A DNA stretch of 64,000 nt from assembly GCF_020745735.1 (NCBI RefSeq), contig NW_026867443.1:62001-126000 (forward strand). The letters run 5' to 3'. Within the stretch, counting starts at the first letter, position 1. Every line of letters starts with the position of its first letter. This stretch comes from Hemiscyllium ocellatum. Lineage: Eukaryota. The notes under the pieces were generated by a model. That model was not told the origin of the DNA. It did not search any database and was given only the letters and a program-made list of their open reading frames with translations. A program made the position numbers and the translations under genes. Below are positions 12,520 to 24,708 of this stretch, piece after piece.

Positions 12520-14644
12520 TATTAGCAAGACTGGAAGAGTGATCGTAAAAGGAGATTTGAGACTGAGGGCATCGATAGGTGTTTCTGCAGCTGCAGATGG
12601 GAATCCAGGATGGTGTGTTGTCTCCCTGGTGCCAGAGTGAAGGATGTCACTGAGCGACTGCAGAGCACCCTGAGGGGAGAGGGGGAATAGGCAGCAGTCG
12701 TGGTCCACATCGGTCCCAGTGACAGAGGGAGAAAAGGGATGTAGTCCTGCAGTCAGAATTTAGGGAGCTCAGAAGGGAAATAACATCAGGAACTCAAAAG
12801 TAGGAATCTTCAGGTTACTCCCAGTGCCCCAGGCAAGTGACAAGAGGAGCAGGAGGATAACACAAGTGACTGTGGGGCTGGGAAGAGGATCCAGGAGGGA
12901 GGGTTTTAGATTCTTGTGACATCGGGACTGGGTCTGGGGTAATGGGACCTGGATAGACCAGACAGCGTTGCTCCTGAACAGAGCTGGCACTGAGCTCCTT
13001 TGAGGTGATCTACTCGTGCTGTTGGAGAGGGTTTAAACTAACTTGGCAGAGCTGTGGGAGTCAGGAGGGACTGTCAGAGAGGAACACCAAGGTCCACAGA
13101 ATCATCAGTGCAGTCAATAAGTCACCACCCAATGGGAAGGATTTAGAGGAATACATTTGCAAGGAATTTACAGTGACCTGCAAATATAATAGTCATTACA
13201 AATGGGGTTGGGGGGGGGGGTGGAATTTCTTTAATTTCTGAATATAGACTGGGGTAGTAGCAGTGTGAAGGACAGAGGGGCCAGAGTCGTGAGAGTGTGT
13301 TCATGTGAATTTTCTCCAGCTGCATGTTTCCAGTCCAATGAGAAAGGAGGCTCTGCTAGATCTGGATCTTGGAAATGAGGAGGCCCAAGTGGATCAAGTG
13401 TCAGTGAGAGGACACTTAAGGAAGAGTGATCATTGTATCACAAAGTTGAGGGTGACGGTAGAAAAGAACAAAGGCCTTTTCAGGGTCAAACATCTTCACT
13501 GGGGAAAATGCCAGCTTCTATAGGATATGGATGTATCGGATCTGAATAAAGTTGGATCAAAGGTTGGCAGGAAAGTCCTGAAAAGAATAGTAGAGGATGT
13601 GGACCAGGTATATTCGAGATACATTTGAAGGAGGGCAAACAATTCCTGAACTTACTCAAGGGCAAAAGTGGTAGAATTATGGTAAATAAGAAAAGGGCAA
13701 AAGAGTAACTAGAGAGAGAATAGGGCCCCATGAAGATGAACAATGTACCTCTGGGTGGATCCACAGGAAATGGTTTAGGTCTTAAATGAATATTCCAGGT
13801 CAGTATTTATCATGGAGAAAGACATGGAAATTTGGGAACTTGGGAAATAAATAGTAATGTCTTGACACAAGTCCACATTATAGAAGAAGATTTCTTAAAG
13901 TGCAAGACGGTAGATAAATCTCCAGGACCTGATCAGGTGTATCCCAGGACATTGTGGAAAGCTAGGAAAGAGATTGCTGGATCCCTTGCTGAGGTATGTT
14001 TCTGATTGACAGCCATGAGTGAGGTTCTGGAGAACCAGAGAGGTTGGCTAATGTTAGCCATTATTTAAGAAAGGCTGTAAGGAAAAGCCAGGGAAATATA
14101 ATCCAGTGAGCCTGAAGTCATTGCTGGGTAAGTTATTGGAGTGAATTCTGAGGGACAGGATTTACATGCATTTGGACAAACAATGCAGTTTTGTGCATGG
14201 TAATCGTGTCTCACTAACGTGATTGAGATTGTTTGAAGAGAAGATTGATGTAGGCAAAACAGTACACACTGTCTATATGGACTTCAGCAAAGCATTTGAC
14301 AAGGTTCCACATGATAGACTGATTAGTAAGATTAGGCCACATGGGATCCAGGGGGAGCTAGCCATTTGGGTAAAAAAAATGACTTCAAGATAGGAGACAG
14401 AGAGTGGTGGTAAGTGGTTGCTTTTCAGACTGGAGATCAGATGTCAGCTGTGTGCCACAAGGATTGGTGCTGGGTCCATGGCTTTTTATCATTTAAATAA
14501 ATGATTTGGATGTGAATATAGGAATTATGGCGAGTTTGTAAATGACACCAAAATTGGTGGTACAGTGGATAGTGAAGAAGCTTATCTGAGAGTACAGTGG
14601 GACCTTGATCATTTGGGGAAATGGGCAGAAGTGTGGCAAATGGA

Positions 14645-14856
14645 CAAAAGTGCAGACTGCAGATGCTGGAAACCAGAGTTTAGATCAGAGTGGTGCTGGA
14701 AAAGCACAGCATGTCAGGCAGCATCCGAGGAGCAGAAAAATCGACTTTTCGGCTAGAGGAATACTGATGAAGGGCTTTTGCCCGAAACATCGATTTTCCT
14801 GCTCCTCGGATGTTGCCTGACCTGCTGTGCTTTTCCAGCACCACTCTGATCTAAAC
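14645..14856. mobile_element. Fold-back Penelope-derived mini-element with hammerhead core, inserted in CR1, 14-bp TSD
   Basis: TSD GTGTGGCAAATGGA (14631-14644) / GTGTGACAAATGGA (14857-14870); ~70-nt inverted arms; CTGATGA(14764-70)-A-GGGC-TTTT-GCCC-GAAA(14784-87)-CATCGA. Absent at the paralogous site near 31950. Confidence 0.88.
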
Positions 14857-14980
14857 GTGTGACAAATGGAGTTCAATTTAGATAAATGTGAGATGTTGCA
14901 TTTTGGAAAGTCAAACCAGGGCAGGAGTTATACTGTTAATGGTGGGGCCCTGTGGGGTGTTGCTCAACAAAGTGACCTCA

Positions 14981-15054
14981 GGGTGCAGGGGCAGGGGCAG
15001 GTGCAGGGTGCAGGGGCAGGGGCAGGGGCAGGGGCAGGGGCAGGGGCAGGGGCA
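14981..15054 (+). repeat. (GGGGCA)n/(GGTGCA)n hexamer microsatellite, expanded in arm A
   Basis: About 12 units here versus about 3 GGTGCA units at ~31808-31825. Confidence 0.9.
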
Positions 15055-15945
15055 TTATTCCTTGACAGTGAAGTCACAGGGAGACAGGGAGATGAAGAAG
15101 GTGTTGGGTACACTTGCCTTTATTGGTCACTGCACTAAGTATCAGAGTTGGGACATCATTAACAGCTGTACAGGAAATTGGTGAGGCTATTTGGGAATAA
15201 CGTGGACAATTCTGATCATCCTGTGATAGGAAGGATGCTGTTAAACTTAAAATTCTGCAGAAAAGATTTACATGGATGTTGCCTGGAACTGGAGGGTTTG
15301 AACTGTCGGAAGAGGTTATTTTTCCTGCAGGATCGGAGACTGAGGGGTGGCCTTATAGATGTTTATAAAATCTTGACAGGCATGGACAGGGTGTATATCC
15401 CAGGTCTTTGCCTTGGGAAAGGGAATGCAAAACTAGAGGGTATAGGTTTAAGATGAGAGGCAAAAGATCCAAAAGGGACCTAAGGGTAACTTGTCACACA
15501 GAGGGTGGTGCGTGTCCAGATCGAGCTGTCAGAGAAAGTGCTGGAGACGGATACAATTATAACATTTAAAAGATGTTTGGATGGGTACATGAATAGGAAG
15601 GGTTTAGAGGGATGTGGGCTAAATGCTGGCAAATGGGATGAGGTCAGTTTTGGATATCTAGTTAGCATGGAGGAGTTAGACTGAAAGATCTGTTTCCACG
15701 CTGTCTGACTCTGTGAACATTAGTGGCTGGAAAAGCTGAGATCTTTTACCCTGAAGTGCCGGAGGCTGAGGAGTGACCTTACAGAGGTTTATAAAATCAT
15801 GAGGGACATAAATAATGTGAATAATGCAGGAAGGAGGTGAATGTTTTGTAGAGCTGGCAAACATATGCACAAAGATCATTCCAGGGATGAGGAATATCAG
15901 TTATGAAGATAGATTGGAGAATTTGGGACTGTCTTCTTTGGAGAA

Positions 15946-16147
15946 AGTTACAGATCACACAACATCAGGTTATAGTCCAACAGGTTAATGTGGAAGCACT
16001 AGCTTTTGGAGCGCCGCTGACAACCATTTGATGAAGGAGGGGCGCTCCGAAAGCTGGTGCTTCCAAATAAACCCCCTGTTGGACTATAACCTGGTGTTGT
16101 GTGATTTTTAACTTTGTCCACCCCAGTCCAACACCGGCACCTCCAAG
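15946..16147. mobile_element. Second-family fold-back Penelope-derived mini-element, 11-bp TSD
   Basis: TSD TCTTTGGAGAA (15935-15945 / 16148-16158); inverted arms CACACAACATCAGGTTATAGTCCAACAGG / CCTGTTGGACTATAACCTGGTGTTGTGTG; core TTGATGA-AGGAG...CTCC-GAAAGCTGG. Empty site near 30900-30912. Confidence 0.88.
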
Positions 16148-16598
16148 TCTTTGGAGAAGGCAGCGAGGAGAATTGTTCCAGAAATTCAAAATCAGGAGGG
16201 GCCTGGAACAGAGTAAATAGGGAGAAAATGATTCCACTTGTGAAAGGATTGAGACCGAGAGGCCACAGATTGAAAGTAATTGGAAAAGTAAGAAAAGTGA
16301 GATGAGGGAAAACATTTTCAGCCAGTGGGTGGTTAAGGTGTGGAATGCACTGCCTGAGAGTGTGGTGGAGGCAGCTTCAATTAAAACATTCCGAAGGGAA
16401 TGAGACTGTTATCTGAAAAGGAACAATGTGCAGGGTGACAGGGAGAAGGCAGGAGAATGACACTCAGTCAATTGCTCATTCGGAGAGCTAGTCCAGACAG
16501 GATGGACGGAATGGCCTTCTTGTGCACTGTAACAATTCTGTGATTGTGTGATTGAGCAGAGTTAAAGCTGGGGGAGGTGGGAGCTCGGTGTCTCACTG

Positions 16599-16600
<2 letters not shown>

Positions 16601-16630
<30 letters not shown>
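16601..16630 (+). repeat. (CTG)10 trinucleotide repeat in the J-C intron
   Basis: Direct read; arm B has (CAG)8 at 30440-30463. Confidence 0.95.
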
Positions 16631-17005
16631 AGGTCAGTGAGATCAGAGACTGGGACAGGGAGCCAGAGCTCACATCAAACTCTGCCCCGTGTCCGTCACA
16701 CTGAGACTGGCAGGAGGCTACTCACTGATTTCACTCCATGCTGCAGGAATGGGACCACAGGCTGCAAATGGGCAGAGCTCCTCCACACGGTGAGTAAAAC
16801 TTACTGACTTATATCTTGCTTTTTTTAAAGAGGGCATGAAAGTAAAGAAATACAGCTGGACACCCTGTTAGACACAGTGCTCCTCAATCAACCATTTCAT
16901 TCACTGCAGCTTCCCACTAACACCTTCAACAAATCAGCAACTGTATTTTAGAAAGTGTGTTTCAGTATTGACAGGGTTAATAACAGAGGATTGAGGTTTA
17001 CTTAC

Positions 17006-17040
17006 TCAGTCTGAGCTTGGTTCCTTTACCGAACGTAAGA
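17006..17040 (-). CDS. IGKJ: Unrearranged Ig light-chain J segment ([11 protein letters not shown])
   Basis: T CTT ACG TTC GGT AAA GGA ACC AAG CTC AGA CTG A|GTAAGT; FGxG motif, canonical donor, adjacent 23-RSS. Confidence 0.97.
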
Positions 17041-17079
17041 CACAGTGAGAGCTCCCAGTGCAGAGGCTGTACAAAAACC
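17041..17079 (+). other. J recombination signal, 23-nt spacer
   Basis: CACAGTG (17041-47) + 23 nt + ACAAAAACC (17071-79); perfect consensus. Confidence 0.98.
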
Positions 17080-17506
17080 TCAGCTCTCTGCTTTCCTCTT
17101 ATCACTGTCAACCTCTCTCTGTCTCTGTGTGTCTATCGCTCACTCTCACCCTCTCCCTGCCCCTCTCTGTCTCTCCCTCATTCATGTGTCTTTCTCTCTC
17201 TGTCTCTCTGGGTTGTTTCCAGCTGGGCTCGGGAGGTTTGTGAAATTTATTTTTCGATGTTAAATCTTGAGGCAGCTCTTCACATGTGGCCATGGAGTGT
17301 AAGAGAGAAACTAGAGGCCTTCAGTGAGCGTTGAGACACCACAGGGACTGGAGTGTGCCGTGGACAGTGGAAATCCCAGTTTTGGGTAATTTGATCAGTT
17401 TCATTCAGATCTAACTGGATATATCTAACTGGACTGTGTGTCATTATTATACATTTTATGTAACTGTGCGATGTGTCAGTCCAGGAGGTGGTGTTGTGCG
17501 TGTTGA

Positions 17507-17534
17507 GGTTTTTGTACAGCTCTGTGTCACTGTG
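17507..17534 (-). other. V recombination signal, 12-nt spacer
   Basis: Minus strand CACAGTG (17534-28) + ACACAGAGCTGT + ACAAAAACC (17515-07). V12/J23 is the kappa-type configuration, with deletional geometry. Confidence 0.98.
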
Positions 17535-17833
17535 TCGAGGGTAGCTGTAATACTGCTGACAGTAATAGTCAGCGACATCCTCATTCTGAACGTTGCTGAT
17601 TGTCAGGGTGAAACTGGTCCCTGATCCACTGCCGGTGAATCGATCGGAGACTCCTGTGAATCGAGTTGCTGCACTGTAGATCAGGAGAGAGGGTTTCTGA
17701 CCTTCTCGCTGCTGGTACCAAGCAAGGTTGCTGCTAATGCTTTGACTGGCCTTACAGGTGATGGTTGCGGTCTGGCCCAGTCCCACTGACAGCACCGGGG
17801 GAGACTGGGTCATGGTGATGTCCCCACTGATAC
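17535..17833 (-). CDS. IGKV: Ig light-chain V exon, open and rearrangement-competent
   Basis: (G)[99 protein letters not shown]; acceptor cctcAG at 17834-35. Confidence 0.98.
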
Positions 17834-18019
17834 CTGAGGGGTCAGAGAGAAACACAGTGAAGTCAGAACTGTCACAGAAAGAGCCTGTCAAATGAGAGAT
17901 TGTTGGAGACACTGAGCATTCCTCTGGTTTCAGCATTTTCCCTTCAATCACAAGTCAGTGGAATTGGAGTGAAATGGAGAGCAGCTAAAGATTCAAGGTG
18001 GAAGGAGAGAGATTTGTAC

Positions 18020-18068
18020 CTGCGACACAGAATGCCAGGGGCCAGATCAGCTGGATGTGTGAAATCAT
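18020..18068 (-). CDS. IGKV: Leader exon of cluster A (MISHIQLIWPLAFCVA-G)
   Basis: ATG at 18068, 49 nt, donor G|GTACAA, phase 1 matches the V exon; 186-nt intron. Confidence 0.93.
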
Positions 18069-18126
18069 GGTGTGTGCTCCTGTCCCTGTGCCTGGTTCCT
18101 GATAAACTCTCCCTTCACTGGGCTCT

Positions 18127-18208
18127 GCTTTATAAAGCTGCAGCCTGTGAGAGTCTGACTGGGTGTTCCTCAGTATGTAAATGGCATCAGGCAGAGAGAG
18201 CCACGTCA
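18127..18208 (-). promoter_or_regulatory. V promoter A: TATA box, variant octamer, CRE-like site
   Basis: TATAAA (18134-29) inside the palindrome GCTTTATAAAGC; ATTTACAT (18182-75, one mismatch to the Ig octamer ATTTGCAT); TGACGTGG further upstream. Confidence 0.72.
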
Positions 18209-19269
18209 GCCCCTCACACTTCCTCTTCTCTCTCTCTCTCTCTCTCTCTGTCTGTCTCAGAGTCATTGATGTGAACAACATTGAATGAGGCCATTTGGCC
18301 CATTGTGTCTGTGCTGGTAAACAGCGGTCTGATGACACTAATCCCATCCTCCAGCTCTTGGCCCGTTACCCTGGAGGTTACAGCAACACAAGGGAATATC
18401 TAAACACTGCTCCAATGTCACGAGAGTTTGTGACTCAACCAGCCTTTCAGGCAGTGAGTTCCAGACTCCCACCACCCTCTGGGTGAAAACATTTCTTCTC
18501 AACTCTCCTCTCACTCTCCAACTCGCCTGGCCATGGACTCACTCGTGTTCAGAACGATGAGAGGGGATCTGATTGAAACATATAAAATTGTAACAGGGCT
18601 GGGCAGGGAGGAGGTTTCCCCTGGTTGGGGAGTCTGGAACCAGGGGACACAGGCTCAGGGGGATACAGGGTAGACCATTTAGGACTGAGATGAGGAAACA
18701 TTTCTTCACTCAGAGGGTGGTCAACCTGTGGAATTCGCTACCACTGAAGGCTGTGGAGGACAAGGAACTGAATATATTCAAGAAAACAAGAGAGATAATT
18801 GTTTTGCATTTTAACAGCTTGAAGAGAATGGGGAGAAGGCAGGAATATGGCTTTGAGAGAGAGGATCAGCCATAGATCATAGAATGCCTACAGTGTGGAA
18901 ACAGGCCATTTGGCCCGACAAGCCCACACTGACCCTCGAAGAAATTATGACATTCAAAAATTGATACAGCCATGATCATACTGAATGACAGAGCAGACTC
19001 AAAGGGCCGAATGGCCTACTGCTGCTCCAAGTTTCTACGTGTCCATGTCTGTGTTACCTTCAATCTCTGTACCAGGTTTTTAAGTCTTTTACTCATGTAA
19101 AAAGTGCCATCCTACCTACCCTGTCACTGTCCTGAATAATCTTATCCCTCTCTATCAGGTCCCTGTTAAGCCTTCACTGCTCAAAGCTCACATTCAGGCA
19201 GCATCCTGGGAAATCTCCCCTGTACCCTCTCAGGTACAATCACATTCTTCCCAGAGTGTGGTGACCAGG

Positions 19270-19366
19270 ACCTGTCCCTCTCTCTCTCTGACTCACATCT
19301 GCCATTTCTTTCTCTCTACCTCTACCTCTCTCTCCCACTGTTAATCTCTTTCATGTTCTCTCTCTC

Positions 19367-19400
<34 letters not shown>

Positions 19401-19940
19401 CACTCTGTCTCATAGCCACTCTCTCCAACTCACTGATGCTTTCTCACTCCATCTTATCATCTGTTTCTCCATCTCTCACTGTCTCTGTTACTCGCTCCCT
19501 CTCTCACTTCAATTAAAAGCCTCCAATTGTTATCTGTCACTCTCTATTCCTCCCTCTTTCTCTCTCCTTCCCTCTCGACCTCCCAATTTACAGTCTCTCT
19601 CCCTCTCTCTCTCTGTCATTATAAATCTACCCATACTCATCTCTCTCCCTCACACTCAACCCTACCCTCCCTCTCAACTCTCTTCATGCTTAGTCTCACA
19701 CCCATCCTGTCTCTCACTCTCTCTCTCTCCTTGTCTCTTTGTCTCTCTCCATCCCTCTCAGTCACACTGTCTCACATCTTGTTTCTCTCTCTATCCCTCA
19801 GCCTCACCATTTCTACCTCCCTCTAACTCTCTTGGTCCCCTCACATATCTTACACCGTATCAGATGCTAGTCTCACTCTCACTCTCACAACTATTTTTCA
19901 CTCCATCTCTCTCTCTGCCTCACTGCTCTCTCTTTCTGAC
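19270..19940 (+). repeat. (TC)n-rich low-complexity tract; mirrored as (GA)n-rich at 27850-28400
   Basis: Polypyrimidine composition with (CT)n runs. Confidence 0.85.
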
Positions 19941-20749
19941 AGTGTCCTGGGTGGTGACAGTTGAATGCAGGATAAATCTCCCTCTACTCTGTCCCACTAA
20001 TGGATGTTAACCCTTGACCCCTGTCTTCTCCTGGAGTAAGGCCCTATTTCCACGTTGACCAGGGTTTGGCCTCTCTCAGGAAGATGGACAGATTCTGGTC
20101 AAATGAAGGGCTGTTCTGTGCTGTTGGCCTATTCTCACTGGGGACTGATTTGGACACAAACCTCATTCCATGAAGGCCTAGCAGAGAGAGGAGATCCTCA
20201 GATCATCAGTGTGAGTTGGAGGGACAGGACAGGCTCTGACCCACTGACCCATCCTGTCCATTCACAACATGTTCCAATCCCTTCCCCTCTCCTTCCCCTT
20301 CCATGGTCAGTCTTTTCTGAAATGGAGTGGTTCCCTTCCCTGTCTCACACCAAGGAGGAGATGAACAGATATTTAATGGGTAATGGGTTAAAGGATGATG
20401 GAGAGTGGGCAGGAAAGTGGAGTTGAGTCTGAGATGGGATCAGCCATGATTGTATTAAATGGTGGAGTGGGCTCGAGGGGCTGAATTGCCTGCTCCTGCT
20501 CCTAGTTCTTATGTTCCTCCACCCTCCCCCCCATCCCTCTTACTGCAACTTTGTGAACATTCTTGGAATGTTTGGACATTGAAGGAGTTATGTGAATTCA
20601 AGGATTTGTGTGGATTTAATGTGGGGACAGAATTGCACACGGGCTGTGATAGCTCCTGCGGTTGAATATCCTGCTGGCAGGCTTCCGCCTTCCATATACA
20701 GAAATGGGGAAGTGGGAGGTGGGAATGTACTGCGGGGTACACGGCACTG

Positions 20750-22880
20750 TCCTCTAGCAATGTGGTTGACTCTCTAGTGCCCTCTGAAATGGCCGAGCAA
20801 GGCTCTCAGTTGTATCAATTATGACAATGTTTCAAAAAGAAAATGAGACCGGACGGACCACAGGCATCGATCTAGACACCGAAAAGACAATGACAGAAAC
20901 AGCCCTGTCTACCCTGCTCCATCCTCCTTACTGACATCTGGGAGCTAGTGCCAAATTCAGGAGAGCTGTCTTACAGATGACTCAAGCAACAGCCTGACAC
21001 AGTCATACTCACAGAACCATATTACAGACAATGCCCCAGACACCACCATCACTGTCCCTGCATGTGTCCTGTCCCACCAGAAAGGCAGACCCAGCAGAGC
21101 TGATGACACAGTGGTCTACAGTCAGGAGGGAGTTACCCTGGGAAGTCTCAAATTGGCTCTGGACCCCATGAAGACTAATGAAACTAAGTTAAACATGGGC
21201 GAGGAAACCTCCTGGTGATTACAAGATATCTTGCTCCCTCCTGATGAATCAGTCTCTCCTGGATGTTGAACAACATTTGGAGGAAGCACTGAGGGTGATG
21301 ACAGCAGAGAGTGTACTCTGGGTTTGGGGTTTCAATGTCCACCACTGAGAGTGGCTCGGCAGCAGCATTACTGATCGAGCTGGTTGGTTCCTCATGGATG
21401 TAGCTGAGGGACTGGCTCTGCAGCTGGAACCAAAAGATGGAAAAAGATGCTTGACCCCATCCTCACCAATCTTGTGGCTGTAGATGCATCTATCCTTGAC
21501 AGTATTGGTAAGAGTGACCAGCACACAGTCCTTGTGGAAACAAAGTCTGACCTTCACATTGAGAATCCCCTCCATTGTGTTGTGTGGTACTATCACCGTA
21601 CTAAATAGGACAGACTCCGAACAGATATTGCAACTCAAGGCAAACTCGTAAATGGGGATGATTGCCAAAGATTGCACAATGCTCAGCACTCTCTCAACTC
21701 CTCAGATACTGAAGCAGTCCACGTGCAAATGCAACAATATCTGGACAATATCCAGGTTTTGTCTGAGAAGTGACATTTCCCATTGGTGCCATGCAAATGC
21801 CAGCCAATCACCATCACCAATAAGAGACAATCTTAACATCGCCCCTTGACAATCAATGCTATTACCATCACTGAATCCCCACTTCAACATTCTTGAGGTG
21901 CCATTGACCAGAAACACAACTGGATTCACCAAAGAAACACAGTGGTTACAAGAGCAAGTTAGAGGCTAGGAATACTGCATCGAGTAACTCACCTCCTGAT
22001 CCCCCAAAGCCTGTCAACCAAGTCAGGAGTGTGAGCAAATACTCCCCACTTGCCTGGACAGGTGCAGCTCCAACAACATTCATAGATTGATATTGTCACA
22101 GAGTCATACAGCACAGAAACAAACCCTTAAGCCAAACTTCTACATGCTGACCAGGTTTTCTGAAGTGAACTCATCTTATTTGCCTGCATTTCACACATAT
22201 CCCTTGAAACCTTTCCTATCTATGTCGATTGTATCCTATGTCTTTCTTATCCACTCAAAAAGCTTGATACCATCCAGAGCAAAGCAAACTCCTTGATTGG
22301 CATCGCATTCTCAAAGCATCCAAACTCACCGTCACTGACGCTCCATAGCAGCAGTGTGTATTATCGATAAGATGCACTGCAGAAATTCATCACTGATCTT
22401 CAGATAGCACCTTCCAAACCCATGGACAAAAATAGAAATTGTGGGAAAAGCTCAGCAGGTCAGGCAGCATCTTGGAGAGAAATCAAAATTAACATTTCAG
22501 GTTGAGCATGAAATATTAACTCTGATTTCTCTTCACAAATGCTGCCAGACCTGCTGAGCTTTTCCAGCACTTTCTATTTTTGTCTCGGATTTACAGCATC
22601 TGCAGTTCTTTTGGTTTCCCTCCAAACCCACGTTCACTTCCATTTAGAACAAGAGCAGCAGATACATGGGAACACTGTGAGCTGCAAGTTCCCCTCAAAA
22701 AAGCTTAGCATCCGGACTTGGAAATATGTCGCTGATCCCTCAGCTTGCTGGGTTAAAATGCTGGCATTGTGGGTCAACTTACAGCTTGTGGACGATAACA
22801 ATTCAGGATGGCAGCTTCCCACCACCTACTCCAGGGCAACTAGGCTCAGCCAGTGAAGCCCACTTCCCACAAGTGAATAT
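20750..22880 (+). mobile_element. Internally deleted CR1/L2-group LINE (APE + 3' RT), with a SINE core at its 5' end
   Basis: IWELVPNSGELSYR*LKQQPDTVILTEPY endonuclease motif; jumps to the late-RT region near 21650; 3' region interrupted by the 22425 insertion. Confidence 0.75.
22425..22616. mobile_element. Older fold-back Penelope-derived mini-element, ~14-bp imperfect TSD
   Basis: CTTCCAAACCCATG before and CCTCCAAACCCACG after; inverted arms GAAAAGCTCAGCAGGTCAGGCAGCAT / ATGCTGCCAGACCTGCTGAGCTTTTC. Confidence 0.72.
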
Positions 22881-24089
22881 GCAAAACCAAATGAAGTGTT
22901 CCTCAGGAGGGAGAGGGAATGTTCAGGGTCCTGAACTCCATTTCCCAGCCCAGGCAGTTTGTTTCCCAATGAATGAATGAGATGCCAATTTGAAGCCCAG
23001 GTTCAGGGCAGCCTCACTCTGTGGACATGAGGTCTATAGAGGGAATTGGAGATTGAGCTATAAAGGAAAGATTTGCTGGGTTACGGAGAGAGAGGGGGGG
23101 GGGTGGGACATCTAACTGGTCATTCAAAGGCTTGATGGGCTGAATGGCCTCCTCCTGTGCTGTCAGATTCCAGGGAGTGCAGACAGTTGACAGTTTTCTC
23201 CCGTCTCAGTAACAAACATCCAGCTGCTCCGAGCTCCTTCTTTCACTTCCTCTCTTGGTGAAGTTTCAACCTTGCGATCTGACAGTCTTTGCAGTTATTT
23301 GTTACACTGGGGCTTTCTGCTGTGGTCAGAATCTCTAATAATAAGTGCCCAATCATGACAATCACAGCAGCTAAGAGCAGTCAGGCTCACTGGAAACACA
23401 TTGGGAAGATCACAAGCCATCCTCTTCAGCTCCCGGTACAACTCCATCCCTCTCCCTGAGCACTGTCTGCTGCTCAACCAGACTCTTTACAACTTTGGCC
23501 TCATCTTTGGGGCTGATTTGAGGCCCAAATCCTCCACATCACAATTATCAGCCACTGAAAATCTCAACCATGTTTTTTGAGACCATTCCAATGTTATCCA
23601 GGCCCACATCACAGCCACTGATTTCCGTAAACATCAGCTCATCCCAAACTCTGCTGTCTGTGTTCAAACTCACACCAAGTCCACCCCACACCCCTGCCCA
23701 CGCCTCCCCACCCCACCATAACCACCACAATCCTCACTGACTGACATCACTCTTGGTCCAGCAACACCTCGATTTTTAAATTCTCATCCCTGTTCTCAAT
23801 CTGCTCCCTGTTCTTCCACCCTCCCTATCTCTGTGACCTCCTCCAAGCTGCCTCACTCAGTGTGATCAATAATCTTGGATATATGGCTCTCTGTTTCTTC
23901 ATCCAAGTCATTGAGAAATATCATGAAAAGCTGAGGTCCCAGCACAGATCCCTGGGAACCACATACTCACATCTGGCTCATTGGAACACACGCACATTAT
24001 CCTTCCTCTCTGTCTCCTGGACAGACCCATTCCTGACCCAAGGTAAATGCATTTCTCAAATTCCATCCAATTCCATGATTTGGAGATGC

Positions 24090-24205
24090 CGGTGTTGGAC
24101 TGTCGTGTAAATATAAAAATCACAGAACACCAGGTTCTAATGCAACAGGTTTGTTTGGAAGCATCAGCGTTTGGAGCGCTGCTCCTTCATCAGATGGTTG
24201 TGGAG
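24090..24205 (-). mobile_element. Family-B Penelope pLTR fragment with hammerhead-like core
   Basis: Minus strand CATCTGATGA-AGGAGC-AGC-GCTCC-AAACGCTGATGCTTCC...CCTGGTGTTCTGTGATTTT. Confidence 0.65.
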
Positions 24206-24708
24206 TGTAAGATCTGAATCAATGTTTCTTTTGTGGAACATTTTAAATGTCTTTTGGAATTCCCTATAGACAATAGCCATCGACATTCCCTTATATCCCA
24301 CATTAGTGAGCTCCTAACAAAGTGTAACCCGGTTAGTTGAAGATGTCTGAACCTTGTCAATCCATGCTGATTCTCTCGGACCAGTTCATATTTGTCCGTT
24401 ATTCTGTCTCTAAAAACAGACTCAATCACTTCCTGACAACAGACATTCAATGGAGATGTTCATTGTGATTGAGGCTCGTAAACAGCTAGCACTGACACGA
24501 GGGGCTGAACAGCTCCTCCTGTGCTGGCACCTTCTCTGTCTCCTGGACAAAGTATTTTACAGATTAAAAACTAAAGACCAGCAGCAAATTTTAAAACATA
24601 AATTAAAAACTCCTCAAATAATTTCCACATACAGGGCCAGGCGATGTGTAGTAATTGTACGATGGGGAAGCTGGTGGAGCCCATTGTAGCTCAGAGTGAC
24701 CACATCAA

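Larger units (their letters stand above)
11960..15720 (+). mobile_element. Near-full-length degenerate CR1 LINE (ORF1 with Cys motif/coiled coil/esterase-like region, plus ORF2); mirrors 31090-33290
   Basis: ECASMWEFQ...LELEQQL and VCCLPGARVKDV.ERLQ (ORF1, clearest in the mirror ORF 32546..33112); ORF2 motifs FSKAFDKVPH, QGLVLGP, WQMEFNLDKCEMLHFG. Confidence 0.88.
2540..20320 (-). repeat. Arm A of an inverted segmental duplication (whole Ig light-chain cluster plus flanks)
   Basis: Collinear reverse-complement homology with ~27470-43530 across C, J, V, leader, introns and shared TE insertions. Background identity is roughly 90% in blocks aligned by hand. Confidence 0.93.

Noticed and set aside
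14888-15184. GQGQGQ / GAGAGA repeat proteins
   Set aside because: Translation of a hexamer microsatellite inside a dead CR1.
16594-16600. Perfect heptamer CACAGTG in the J-C intron (also 30464-30470)
   Set aside because: No nonamer-like sequence at 12 or 23 nt spacing, so it is not an RSS.
16577-16807. Signal-peptide-like ORF (MGARCLTVLLLLLLLLLL...) antisense in the J-C intron, with a GTGAGT donor-like site at ~16790
   Set aside because: It starts at GTG with no in-frame ATG, the poly-Leu is simply the (CTG)10 repeat, and the donor reads ATGAGT in arm B.
17280-17951. 223-aa ORF as a single-exon protein
   Set aside because: It is read-through of the leader intron, V exon, RSS and spacer; the true structure is leader/V with RSS.
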